Assembly: GCA_963716725.1 (NCBI GenBank)
Contig: CAVQUB010000010.1
Coordinates: 128,001-192,000 of the forward strand
Length of the DNA: 64,000 nt
Reading direction: 5' to 3'
DNA from: an uncultured delta proteobacterium
GTDB taxonomy: Bacteria; Myxococcota_A; Polyangia; Polyangiales; Polyangiaceae
Under the pieces are notes generated by a model. It was not told the origin of the DNA. It saw only the letters and a program-made list of their open reading frames with translations, and did no database searches. Each line of letters starts with the position of its first letter. Position 1 is the stretch's first letter. Of this stretch, positions 55,299 to 64,000 are shown one piece after another. Position numbers and translations under genes: made by a program.

Positions 55299-58200
55299 AG
55301 CTCGAGCCCCTCGGCCTCGGCCCACGCCGCGAGAGTTCGCTCCAGCTCCAACGCTTCTTCAAGGGCCTCTCGCGCCTTGTGTTTGTTCGGAGTGTGCAGC
55401 AGCGCCCAGGCCTTGGTCTTCTCGGCGGCGATTTTGTTCAGTGAGATCAACGCTCCCAGCGCGCGCTTGTCGTGCTTCTGAGCCAAGAGCACCAGCATCT
55501 TCGACCTCGACTTGGCGACATGGATCAGCGAGCCCGCGATCAGCGCTCGCGCTGCGTGGTGCTCGCCGCCGTCGAGTCGGTCGAGAGCGCGCTCCTCGAG
55601 CGCGATCGCCTCGTCGACTTCGGCCTGGGCCGCGACCCGCAGAGGCAGCATGACGGGAGGGGACTCGTTACCCGCGCCGTCTTTCACCTTGACCCAGATC
55701 GCCGCTGCGGGTTGATCCGCCAGCGTCAGTGTGGGGCCAGAAGAAAACGGCTGCCAGGTCGCGCCCTCGAAGTCGGAGCGCAACGCGATCATCATCGACG
55801 GCGTTCCGGTGCTCGCGATCCCGTCGCATGCCGGTCCGTGACCGCGATGTCGACTTGGCTCGTCGGTGGCAGCGAGCCGCAGCTCCACTCGGCGCGTCCG
55901 CGTCCAGGTGCGCCCATCGGCGAGCTGGACGGTCACCTCCGGAGCGATTGGATCCCGCCGTGGGATCACGCAGGTGGGGGCGGACCAAGGGCCGACGTGT
56001 CCAGACACCGACACGCGGGTCCGGAAGCAGCTCGATTGGTCGTTCGGCGAGGCCAGCTCGATGGTCGTGGCGCCGGCCAGCGGCCGCTCCGCCATCACGG
56101 CGAACGGAGCGGTGCGCGTGGGCGCGTTCGCGACCATCAGCGTCGCCCCGGAGACGCCTGGCGGAGCCAGCGCGGTCACGATCACGGAGTCGTTGCACGC
56201 GGTGACCACTGGTTGGACGTCGAGCCGCACGTCGTCGCGGCCGTCGTGCGGATCCAGCCCGAGCGCGGCTTCCGAGCCATCGCTCTCGCCGCCGCCGTCG
56301 CTGTCCGGTTGCAGCGGATCGGTGTGAGCAACGAATTCTTCGTGACTGGGCAGTCCGTCGCCGTCCGGATCTGCCTCTCCGTCCGCGACGCCCGGGTTGG
56401 TGCCCTTCTGGAGCTCCCACCAATCCGGCATCCCGTCGCCATCGGTGTCCGCGCCGTCGTGCAGCGCGGTGACGTGCCAGCGCTCGCGCTTGAAGGGGTG
56501 GCCGGCCGTCGAAAGACCGGTGGCCACCACCCGGATCCGATACACGCCGGCCTCGCTGCCGCCGAAATAGCGCGCTGCGTAGACCCCATCTCCCTCCCTC
56601 CCGTCCCCGTGGTCGCCATCGTCGAACAGCGTGAGCGACGCCAGTGCTCCGCTCGGGCTCTCGACCTCCGCCTTCACGAACACACCGGCCAGCGGCAGTG
56701 TCTCCAGCACCGCCGCGCGGAGCATCAAGTCGAGCCCGACCCAACTGCTGTTCTCCGTCGCGTCGGCGGTCGCTTCGATGGCTCGCTCGTGCGTCGGGTG
56801 CACGCGCGAGATGAGACTGATGGCCGCACCGCGCAGCGCTGCTTCGACGAAGGTGGAGGGTTGCCCGCCAGGCAGCGGCACGTACACCGGGGGAGCGGTG
56901 AATCCGGAATGCTCCCACTCCCAGGTCCACTGCCCGGCGGGCGGCAGAGCGACCTTGAAGACCGAGCCGGGCGTCTGCTGAACCGGCGGGATGGCGACCC
57001 CGTTCGGAGCGACGAGACGAAGTCGGGACGCGAGATCGACCGGATCGCCCAGGGTCGAGTACACGGAGACGAGCAGCTCCTTCGCTCCGGGCTCGACCTG
57101 GATCGGCGGCAGCTCGGTCGGATCGGGGGTCAGGGGTCGCGTCGCGAGCACGCGTTCGTGACCGCTCGCCCGGTTCATCGCGCTGCGGAACGCGTCTGCG
57201 AACTCCAGCCGGTGGAACGTCTCGAGGCTCGGGACGGCCACCGGCGGATCGTCATGGCTATAGGCGAACACCCCGCCACCGATCTCGGCGAGGTTCCCCA
57301 GCTCGACCGTGTCCGCGTCTGCTCCAATTGCGATCGCCGATACGATCGGGACTCGTTGTTTTGCGGCCTTGCGCTTCCAGTAGGCCAAGTTCCCACTGAA
57401 CCACGGCAGGTTGTCGCTCGGGTCGGGATCCGTGTCACCGGATGGCAGCATCGAACCGTCCGTGTTCGCTTCGGGCTCGAAGTCCTGGAGATAGTACCGG
57501 CGTGGCTCCCAGCCCGCGTTGTTCTTCCCATCCGAGAGCACGCTCATGTGCAGCAACACGTCGGTGGGGGGCGCGCTGCCGTACGCGAGCGCTAGGTTGG
57601 ACTGCGCCTCGAGGACGCCGTCGCCGATGGACGTCCAGCCGGGAGGAGCCGTGATCAGATCGACCGCGGCGTTGAAGACGCCACGCCCGAGGGGCGTCAT
57701 CTTCAGGTAGGGCACGCTCATTCCCCCGATCAGGGTCTGGGCGTCGTTGTTGAAGGTGACGAGCCCCACTTCGTCGCTCACGGTCATCGCTTCACCCAGC
57801 AGCTTGGCGGCGTCTTTCATCGCCTGCAGCTTGCCCAGCGAGTTCATGCTGCCGCTTTTGTCGAGCACGAACTGGGTCACGAGTCGCGTGCTCGCGTTCA
57901 TGGCCAGCGCACCGCTCTCGGTGTCCGAGACGATCCCGATCCCGAACTCTTCCGCGGACACGACCAGATCCAAGGCGCCCGGCAGCGTAGACGGATAGAA
58001 CGCCGGCGGCACTTCGCCGAGCGCCCAGTAGAGTCCCGAGCCCAGGTTGGTGATGGTGAAGTCCGTGCCGTTCACCAGCGCGCAGGCCGGCGCCTTCGGG
58101 CCCGCGCACCCCGGCGTTCGGAGCTTGAAATTGCTGGGAGCCAAGCCGCTCAGCGGCTCGTTGTTCTCGTCACGAACCACGAACTGCGCCACGAACGACC

Positions 58201-60340
58201 GCGGGGCCTGGGGATCTCCGATCTGGGCCGGTCGCACCGAGAGCGGATCGAGGATCTCGAGTCGCGGATCGACCTCGCCGATCAGCCACTTGAACGACGC
58301 GGCCTTGCGCCCGGCGCTCGCCAGCACGAGCACCTCGTCGTAGGTCCCCACCGGGACCGGGATGTCGAACGTGCCCGTCGCGTCGAGGGGACACATGCCC
58401 GTCTTAGCCGGCTTCTTGCCGTCGGGGTCGATGTTGCAGCCCTCGACGATCATCGGGACGCCGTCCGTCTTGACCAGAAACAGGCGGAAGCGCGGCTGGG
58501 TGGACTTGGTCGCGATCAATCGTACGCGCGCCAGACCCAGACCCTTGCCGGGATGGAACGACAGCAGCGTCGTTCCAAACGGCTGCAGGGTGATCTCGCT
58601 GTCGCTGGCGAAGCCTTGCCCGGGCAAGAGCGATACGCGCGAGGGAGTGCACTTGTTCCCGGTGCATACGGCGTAGTTGTCCAGCTCGCGTTTGGCGCGG
58701 CGCAGGTAGTCCTTGCCGATCCCCACCAGATCGCCGGGGACCTCGAGCTTGCCGCCGGCCGCGGCTTTCCACGTGGACAGCGGCGGTTCGGGCTTCGGCG
58801 TCTTGGGCACGAGGGCGCTCCCCGCCCCCGCGTTCGCGTCGCCCACCCACTGGAAGAACCAGCGCAGATCGTCGGTCGAGTAGTCCTTCAGCAGCGCGGC
58901 GGTGTGCAGGTCGAGGATCACGGCTTCCAGACCGCGGCCAAGCTCCTTGGTGAGCACGGCGTCCACCACGTCGAGGGCCGGCTTCGCGGGCGCAGCCTTG
59001 AGGCCCTGAAATACGTGCCCGAGGAAGTCGGCGCCCTCGTCGGAGCGGCGGAAGCCGAGGGCCTTGAACGGGTCGGCCAGGATTGCCGACTCGCTCGACG
59101 CCGGGTGCGCGGCGGTGCCTGTGGGCATCGAATATTGCTCGATCGCGTAGCGCCAGAACACGCTGCCGACGTAGCTCCAGTTCACCGGATCGCTGTTCGG
59201 CGTCAGCAGCCAGTGATTGGTGTTCCCGACGCTGCCGATGGTGTTCTCACCGAGCTTGCGCGACGACACGCACTGCTCCGGCTTCACGCCGGGGTAGTTG
59301 AACAGACACATGAAGGCGTCCACGCCGACCGGCGCCGTTTCGGCGAAGGAGACGTCGAACTGCTGGGTCGTCCCGTACGCCCGCTGCCATGCACCCTGCA
59401 AGTTGTGGAAGAACTCGTGCCCCATGAAGGCGAGCTGCACGCCTGCAGCGACAGACAGGTTTTGGACTCCGGAGAGATCGGTCCTGAGGAAGAACTGTCC
59501 GAGCCCTCCGTGGGCGGCACCGTCGTCGGCGAACGCCCAGACCAACGTCGGGCAGTATGACCCGCTGCACGCCTTGCTCGAGCCGTTGGCCCAGACCGGG
59601 GGCGTGATCTTGGGGGATGGCAAGGACGGAAAGAGCCCTGACTCTTGCCAATCTGCGATGCCGGGCATCCGCTCCACCACGAACTTAGTGCCCGCCGCGT
59701 CCACACACGCCTGCGTCGCGTTGGCGCCGCTCTTGTTGCCCTGCGTGCAGACGTCCCCAAGGAGCCCGCCGAACGGATCCTTCACCGTGCTCGGCACGGC
59801 CAGCACCTTGAACTTCGGCACGCCGTCCAAGGGCTGTGCGACCGGACACCAGCCGCCGACGTTGAGCGCGCTGAGCGTGCTCTCTTCGTTGACCTTGAGG
59901 AACAGGAACGTGCCGGCATTGTTCGCGTCGTCCCAGTCGAAAGGGAGCCCCGGGGTCTGCTCTGTCGCTCCGGGCACGCTGAACGACTTGACCCACGTCG
60001 CGTTTGCCGGCTTGCCGCCGGGCTTGGCCGTGTCGTCGAAGACCAACCAGTCGAGATCCGGTACCGACTCCGACGCGGGACACTTGACCTTGCCGCTCGG
60101 GGACACGCGACAGATCTCGAGCCGGGTGGTCGCCTGCAGGGCGGCTGCCTTGTCCGGATCATCGGCGGCGCTGCGGGTCACCCAGCCGTACTGGATGCGC
60201 ACGCTCCGCTGCGCCGCCGTCGCCCCGAGCACTCCGGTTCCGCTTTGTGGCGACGCGACGCCGATGCAGCGCGACACCTGCGCCCGCAGCGGCTCGGCCG
60301 CGCTCACCGGCGCCGCCCAGAGCGCAAAACCAAGAGCCAC
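55295..60340 (-). CDS. Large secreted HExxH metallopeptidase-vWA protein, CLCA-like (true start probably ~60503)
   Basis: HEFFH; VLDKSGSM...TSIG...SDG; LFDDGDHGDGREGDGVY; DTDGDGMPDWWE Ca-binding repeats. Confidence 0.78.
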   Translation of the reverse strand: MALGFALWAAPVSAAEPLRAQVSRCIGVASPQSGTGVLGATAAQRSVRIQYGWVTRSAADDPDKAAALQATTRLEICRVSPSGKVKCPASESVPDLDWLVFDDTAKPGGKPANATWVKSFSVPGATEQTPGLPFDWDDANNAGTFLFLKVNEESTLSALNVGGWCPVAQPLDGVPKFKVLAVPSTVKDPFGGLLGDVCTQGNKSGANATQACVDAAGTKFVVERMPGIADWQESGLFPSLPSPKITPPVWANGSSKACSGSYCPTLVWAFADDGAAHGGLGQFFLRTDLSGVQNLSVAAGVQLAFMGHEFFHNLQGAWQRAYGTTQQFDVSFAETAPVGVDAFMCLFNYPGVKPEQCVSSRKLGENTIGSVGNTNHWLLTPNSDPVNWSYVGSVFWRYAIEQYSMPTGTAAHPASSESAILADPFKALGFRRSDEGADFLGHVFQGLKAAPAKPALDVVDAVLTKELGRGLEAVILDLHTAALLKDYSTDDLRWFFQWVGDANAGAGSALVPKTPKPEPPLSTWKAAAGGKLEVPGDLVGIGKDYLRRAKRELDNYAVCTGNKCTPSRVSLLPGQGFASDSEITLQPFGTTLLSFHPGKGLGLARVRLIATKSTQPRFRLFLVKTDGVPMIVEGCNIDPDGKKPAKTGMCPLDATGTFDIPVPVGTYDEVLVLASAGRKAASFKWLIGEVDPRLEILDPLSVRPAQIGDPQAPRSFVAQFVVRDENNEPLSGLAPSNFKLRTPGCAGPKAPACALVNGTDFTITNLGSGLYWALGEVPPAFYPSTLPGALDLVVSAEEFGIGIVSDTESGALAMNASTRLVTQFVLDKSGSMNSLGKLQAMKDAAKLLGEAMTVSDEVGLVTFNNDAQTLIGGMSVPYLKMTPLGRGVFNAAVDLITAPPGWTSIGDGVLEAQSNLALAYGSAPPTDVLLHMSVLSDGKNNAGWEPRRYYLQDFEPEANTDGSMLPSGDTDPDPSDNLPWFSGNLAYWKRKAAKQRVPIVSAIAIGADADTVELGNLAEIGGGVFAYSHDDPPVAVPSLETFHRLEFADAFRSAMNRASGHERVLATRPLTPDPTELPPIQVEPGAKELLVSVYSTLGDPVDLASRLRLVAPNGVAIPPVQQTPGSVFKVALPPAGQWTWEWEHSGFTAPPVYVPLPGGQPSTFVEAALRGAAISLISRVHPTHERAIEATADATENSSWVGLDLMLRAAVLETLPLAGVFVKAEVESPSGALASLTLFDDGDHGDGREGDGVYAARYFGGSEAGVYRIRVVATGLSTAGHPFKRERWHVTALHDGADTDGDGMPDWWELQKGTNPGVADGEADPDGDGLPSHEEFVAHTDPLQPDSDGGGESDGSEAALGLDPHDGRDDVRLDVQPVVTACNDSVIVTALAPPGVSGATLMVANAPTRTAPFAVMAERPLAGATTIELASPNDQSSCFRTRVSVSGHVGPWSAPTCVIPRRDPIAPEVTVQLADGRTWTRTRRVELRLAATDEPSRHRGHGPACDGIASTGTPSMMIALRSDFEGATWQPFSSGPTLTLADQPAAAIWVKVKDGAGNESPPVMLPLRVAAQAEVDEAIALEERALDRLDGGEHHAARALIAGSLIHVAKSRSKMLVLLAQKHDKRALGALISLNKIAAEKTKAWALLHTPNKHKAREALEEALELERTLAAWAEAEGLEL

Positions 60341-60459
60341 CGCGATCGCGGCTGTCGAGCTGCCGGCGTTGAGGCCCGACGAGCGCGAGCCGCCGCGGCT
60401 GCGAGTCCGCCACGAACGGTCAAGCCACCGCGCACCGGCAACACGGCACGAAACGTGCT

Positions 60460-60478
60460 CTGCCTGCCTGCCTGCCTG
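60460..60478. repeat. Tetranucleotide repeat (CTGC)4+
   Basis: ctgcctgcctgcctgcctg. Confidence 0.8.
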
Positions 60479-60601
60479 AGTTCACCCCTTGCTCCCCCTC
60501 CATCACGCCACCTCCACCTGTGATGCGACCAGAGTCGAATCATTCGGTCAAGGCGTCGTGGGCAGACGCGCGCGAGCGGCAGAAAACGGCTCGCGACCTG
60601 G

Positions 60602-60938
60602 CCCGACGTGCGCTTCCGCCGTTTCGCCGTCGATGACCACGGACGGCTCTGGCTGCGCGACCTGATGGACGCAGAGCGCGCCGCCGACGCGGCGGAGCAC
60701 AACACTCGGCTCGCCCTCGAGTTCTGTTTCGATGTGCTGACGCGAGTGCCGCGCCTGGCGCTCTCGAGCGCCAGCGAAGCGAGCCTGCGCGGGGCGACCG
60801 ACACCGTCGCGCTCGCGCGGGCCCTGGAAGCGCTCGCCTGATCGGCGCGCCTACTCCGAGTCGGTCAGGTAGGTGTAGCTGCGGAGCGCCTGCTCGTAGT
60901 GCTGCATGAGCGTGCGCATCTGCTCGTTGGTCAGGCGT
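60602..60938. repeat. 337-bp direct repeat, right copy (duplicated 3' fragment of 52029-53678 plus true 3' end of speA)
   Basis: Offset 7163 from left copy. Confidence 0.95.
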
Positions 60939-62771
60939 CCGCTCTGGACCGCGCGCTCGGCTTGCTTGCGCACCGCCTCGACCATGCCCTCCGGCTGATA
61001 CTCCACGTAGCGCAGCACGTCGGCGATGCTGTCGCCCTTGACCACGTGCCGAACCTCGTAGCCCTCTTCGGTGAGGCGCACGTGCACGGCGTTGGTGTCA
61101 CCGAAGAGATTGTGCAAGTCCCCGAGGATCTCTTGGTATGCGCCGTTCAGGAACATGGCCATGAAGTAGGGCTCGTCCGGCCGGTAGTCGTGGACCTCGA
61201 GCACCTGCTTGTCCTCCTCGACGTCGATGAAGCGATCGATCATGCCGTCGCTGTCGCAGGTGAGATCGGCCAAGCGAGCGGTCACCGTCCGGCTGCTCGT
61301 CGAGCCGGTGGATGGGCATGATCGGAAAGAGCTGATCGATGGCCCAGATGTCCGGCGCCGACTGGAACAGGCTGAAGTTGCAGTAGTAGATGCTGCTCAT
61401 CGTGCGGTCGAGATCCCAGAGCTCTTCGGGCACGAACTTGAGCTTCTTGACCTTGCTCTGGATCTTCTCGCAGCAGTTCCAGAATAGGCGTTCGGCGCCG
61501 GCGCGCTCGCGCAGGCTGAGGTAGCCGTACTTGAACAGGTTCTGCGCTTCTTCTTTGGCCTGCGTCGCGTCGTGCCAGGACTCTTGGACGTTCTTTGCGC
61601 TGATGCCCTTGTAGGTCTCGTAGAGATCCTTGAGCAGCCGGTGGGCTTCGGGCTTGGGCTCCACCGGGGCGCCAAAGCGCACCTCGTTCACGCCCACCAC
61701 CTCGAAGACCAGCATCGAATGGTGCGCGGCGACGGCCCGCCCGCTCTCGCTCACCAGCGTCGGGCACTCGACGTCGGACTTGTTGCAGGCGGCCTGGACG
61801 TGGGCGACCACGTCGGCGGCGTACTCCTCGAGGGTGTAGTTCCTCGAAGCGTGGAAGTCCGTCTTCGATCCGTCGTAGTCGATGGCGAGGCCGCCGCCCA
61901 CGTCGAGGTAGCCCATCTTGCAGCCCATCTTCGCCAGCTCGGTGTAGATGTTCGCGGCCTCTTGGATCGCGTTCTTGATCGGGATGATGCTGGAGATCTG
62001 GCTGCCGATGTGGAAGTGCAGGAGCTGCAGGCAGTCGAGCATGTCCTTGGCGGCCAGGCGGTCCACCAGCTCGACGATCTCGGTCATGGTCAGGCCGAAC
62101 TTCGCGCGGTCTCCCGCCGAGTTCGCCCAGCGCCCGACGCCCTTGGCGCTGAGCTTGCTGCGCACGCCGAGCAGGGGCCGGATCCCCAGCTTCTCCGTGG
62201 CACGGAACACGTGGTCGAGCTCTTCGATGCGCTCGAGCACGACGATCACCTGCTTGTCGAACTTCTGCGCGACCAGCGCGGTCTCGATGTAGTGCAGGTC
62301 CTTGTAGCCGTTGCAGATGATCAGGCCGCCGACGTCCTGCATTGCCGCCAGGGCGATCAAGAGTTCGGGCTTGCTGCCGGCTTCGAGCCCGAATTGCCAC
62401 GGGCGTCCGAACTCGACGACGTCTTCGATCAAGTGCCGTTGCTGGTTCACCTTGACCGGGAACACGCCGCGATAGATGCCTGGGTACTCGTACTCGACGA
62501 TGGCGCGCTCGAAGGCCTCGTTGATGTGCTTGATGCGGTGTTCGACGATGTCGCTGAAGCGGATGAGCAGCGGCAGGTCGAGCCCACGAGCCTCGAGGTG
62601 CTGCACCAACTCGAACAGGTTGATGTTGCGGGGCCGGGTCGGATCCGGCGCGACCTGCACATGACCCTCGTCGCTCACGCTGAAGTAGGGCAGACCCCAA
62701 CCTTGGATTTGGTAGAGTTGCGCGCTCTTCTGCGGGCTCCAGGGCTCTCCGTTTTCGACCATCTCGTTCAA
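60851..62771 (-). CDS. speA: Biosynthetic arginine decarboxylase (1-nt frameshift near 61290)
   Basis: FPVKVNQQ, EAGSKPEL, HFHIGSQ, DVGGGL, ESGRA, DLTCDSDG, GAYQEILGDLHNLFG. Confidence 0.95.
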
Positions 62772-62881
62772 CTTGCCTCCCGGGCGGCGTCGACACGCTC
62801 GTGACCACTTTCGTTCGCCGGACGAGCAGGCGAAGCAAACGTCGGAATCGGGCGCATCGCAAGCGATAATCCGGCGGCGGG

Positions 62882-63870
62882 TCAGCCCGGCGCCCAGAGC
62901 GTCGTTGGTAGGCCGCCGCGTTTCCACAGGGCCAGCAGGTCCATCAGACAGCGCGACGGTGATGTGCACCAGGAAGCCCGAGTAGATGCTCCGCGTGCGC
63001 ATGGCCAGGCTCCCGAGCACGACGCCCGCCACGATGGCGCCGTGGGCCTCGAGGTAGGGCTTGCCGTAGTGGATCATGCAGTAGGGAACCGCCATCACGA
63101 AGATGGCGCTGGCCCCCATGCTCTTTCGGAGCGCGCCCACTATCCAGCCACGGAAGAAGGCCTCGAGCGCCAGGAACTGCACGAAGTAGATGGCCTCCCA
63201 GGTCAGGAAGTCGAACCAGCTCCGGGAGCTCTGCTTGTAGAACGGGTAGTAACCGCCGAAGTCGGGCTGCGACGCCACCAGCAGCATGGCCGGCAGCACG
63301 AAGGCCAGACACAGCCCGTAGATCCAGAGGTGGCTGAAGAAGCCTCTCACCCGAAAGCCCATGTCGAGCAGCTTGTCGTCTGGGGAACAGCAGCTTCCAC
63401 AGGGGCAGGGGGATGATCACGTAGCCGAGGACGCGGCTCGAGACCCACCAAGCGTAGCCGTACAGCTCGTCGTACTTCGCGAGCTTCACGAAGCTCCAGC
63501 CGCCGCGTTCCAGATCGGCGAGCATGGGGCGGACCAGCTGGTCGTAGATCTGGCGACCGCCGTAGTACTCTTGAAGCGTCAGCACGACCGCGGCGATGAG
63601 CAGACAGGCCGCGGGCCGCAGATCGTGCTTGCCGGCCTGGACGAGCAGGGCGCGATGCTCGGCGGCGTCGCGATCGAGCTCCCGCCAGGTGTCGCGAAAG
63701 AAGCGCCAGATCAGCGGGGCGATCAGGCACAGGATGGGCAGGGGCAAGAGCGCCTTGATCGGCGGGTAGCCGAGCAGCGCGTCCCACCAGGACCGGAGCG
63801 CCAGCGGAGCGAGCGGCAGCGTCAGCCCATCGGACAGCTCTGGTCCCAGCGTGGCGAGCCCGTCGAGCAT
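62882..63870 (-). CDS. CPBP (Abi/CAAX protease II) family intramembrane metalloprotease (frameshifts near 63380 and 62946)
   Basis: LEAFFRG, HYGKP..E, TRSIYSGFLVH. Confidence 0.85.
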
Positions 63871-63880
63871 GATGGGGTGC

Positions 63881-64000
63881 TCAGCCGTTGCCTCGCGCGA
63901 TTTCGGCGGCGGCTTCGAGCCGTGCCACCGATCGCTCGCGACCGAGCACGCTCATCACCTCGAACAGCCCGGGGCTCGCGCTCCGGCCGGTGAGGGCGAC
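63881..64000 (-). CDS. gltX: Glutamate--tRNA ligase, 3' end
   Basis: Manual translation VALTGRSASPGLFEVMSVLGRERSVARLE...stop. Confidence 0.85.
   Translation of the reverse strand, partial: VALTGRSASPGLFEVMSVLGRERSVARLEAAAEIARGNG

Larger units (their letters stand above)
53776..60601. mobile_element. 6.8-kb inserted cassette bounded by 337-bp direct repeats; no recombinase gene
   Basis: Flanking duplication of host gene ends; two accessory genes inside. Confidence 0.65.

Noticed and set aside
53776..60601. Prophage or IS/transposon
   Set aside because: No phage, integrase or transposase genes, and no terminal inverted repeats were seen.
60608..60841. 77-aa ORF as an independent gene
   Set aside because: It is the duplicated 3' fragment of 52029-53678 inside the right direct repeat.
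61098..63362. Apparent CPBP-SpeA fusion ORF
   Set aside because: A frameshift near 62946 skips the CPBP stop at 62882; speA has its own RBS and start near 62771.

Overview
High-GC bacterial chromosomal DNA, most likely from Myxococcota (Polyangia/Sorangiineae-like). This is inferred from MYXO-CTERM proteins, several Hanks-type Ser/Thr kinases, TPR-PEGA proteins and Cys-rich lipoproteins. Housekeeping genes (pheS, rplT, rpmI, carB, tatA, an aspartate aminotransferase, cyoE, metG, a pyrimidine-nucleoside phosphorylase, speA, gltX) are interleaved with cell-surface and signalling cassettes. Highlights: (1) a 6.8-kb integrase-less two-gene cassette (CLCA-like HExxH/vWA protein plus a lipoprotein) bounded by 337-bp direct repeats. 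The repeats duplicate the 3' ends of two convergent host genes and differ almost only at synonymous sites. (2) A translationally coupled three-gene surface operon. Two of its vWA-MopE-repeat-MYXO-CTERM proteins share a near-identical ~2.9-kb stalk but have divergent heads. The operon is divergent from a WYL regulator carrying a 9-bp VNTR in its leader. (3) Two kinase/TPR-PEGA/lipoprotein triads. Several genes, including essential ones, carry single-base frameshifts that are probably assembly errors. All assignments come from manual motif recognition; no database searches were run.
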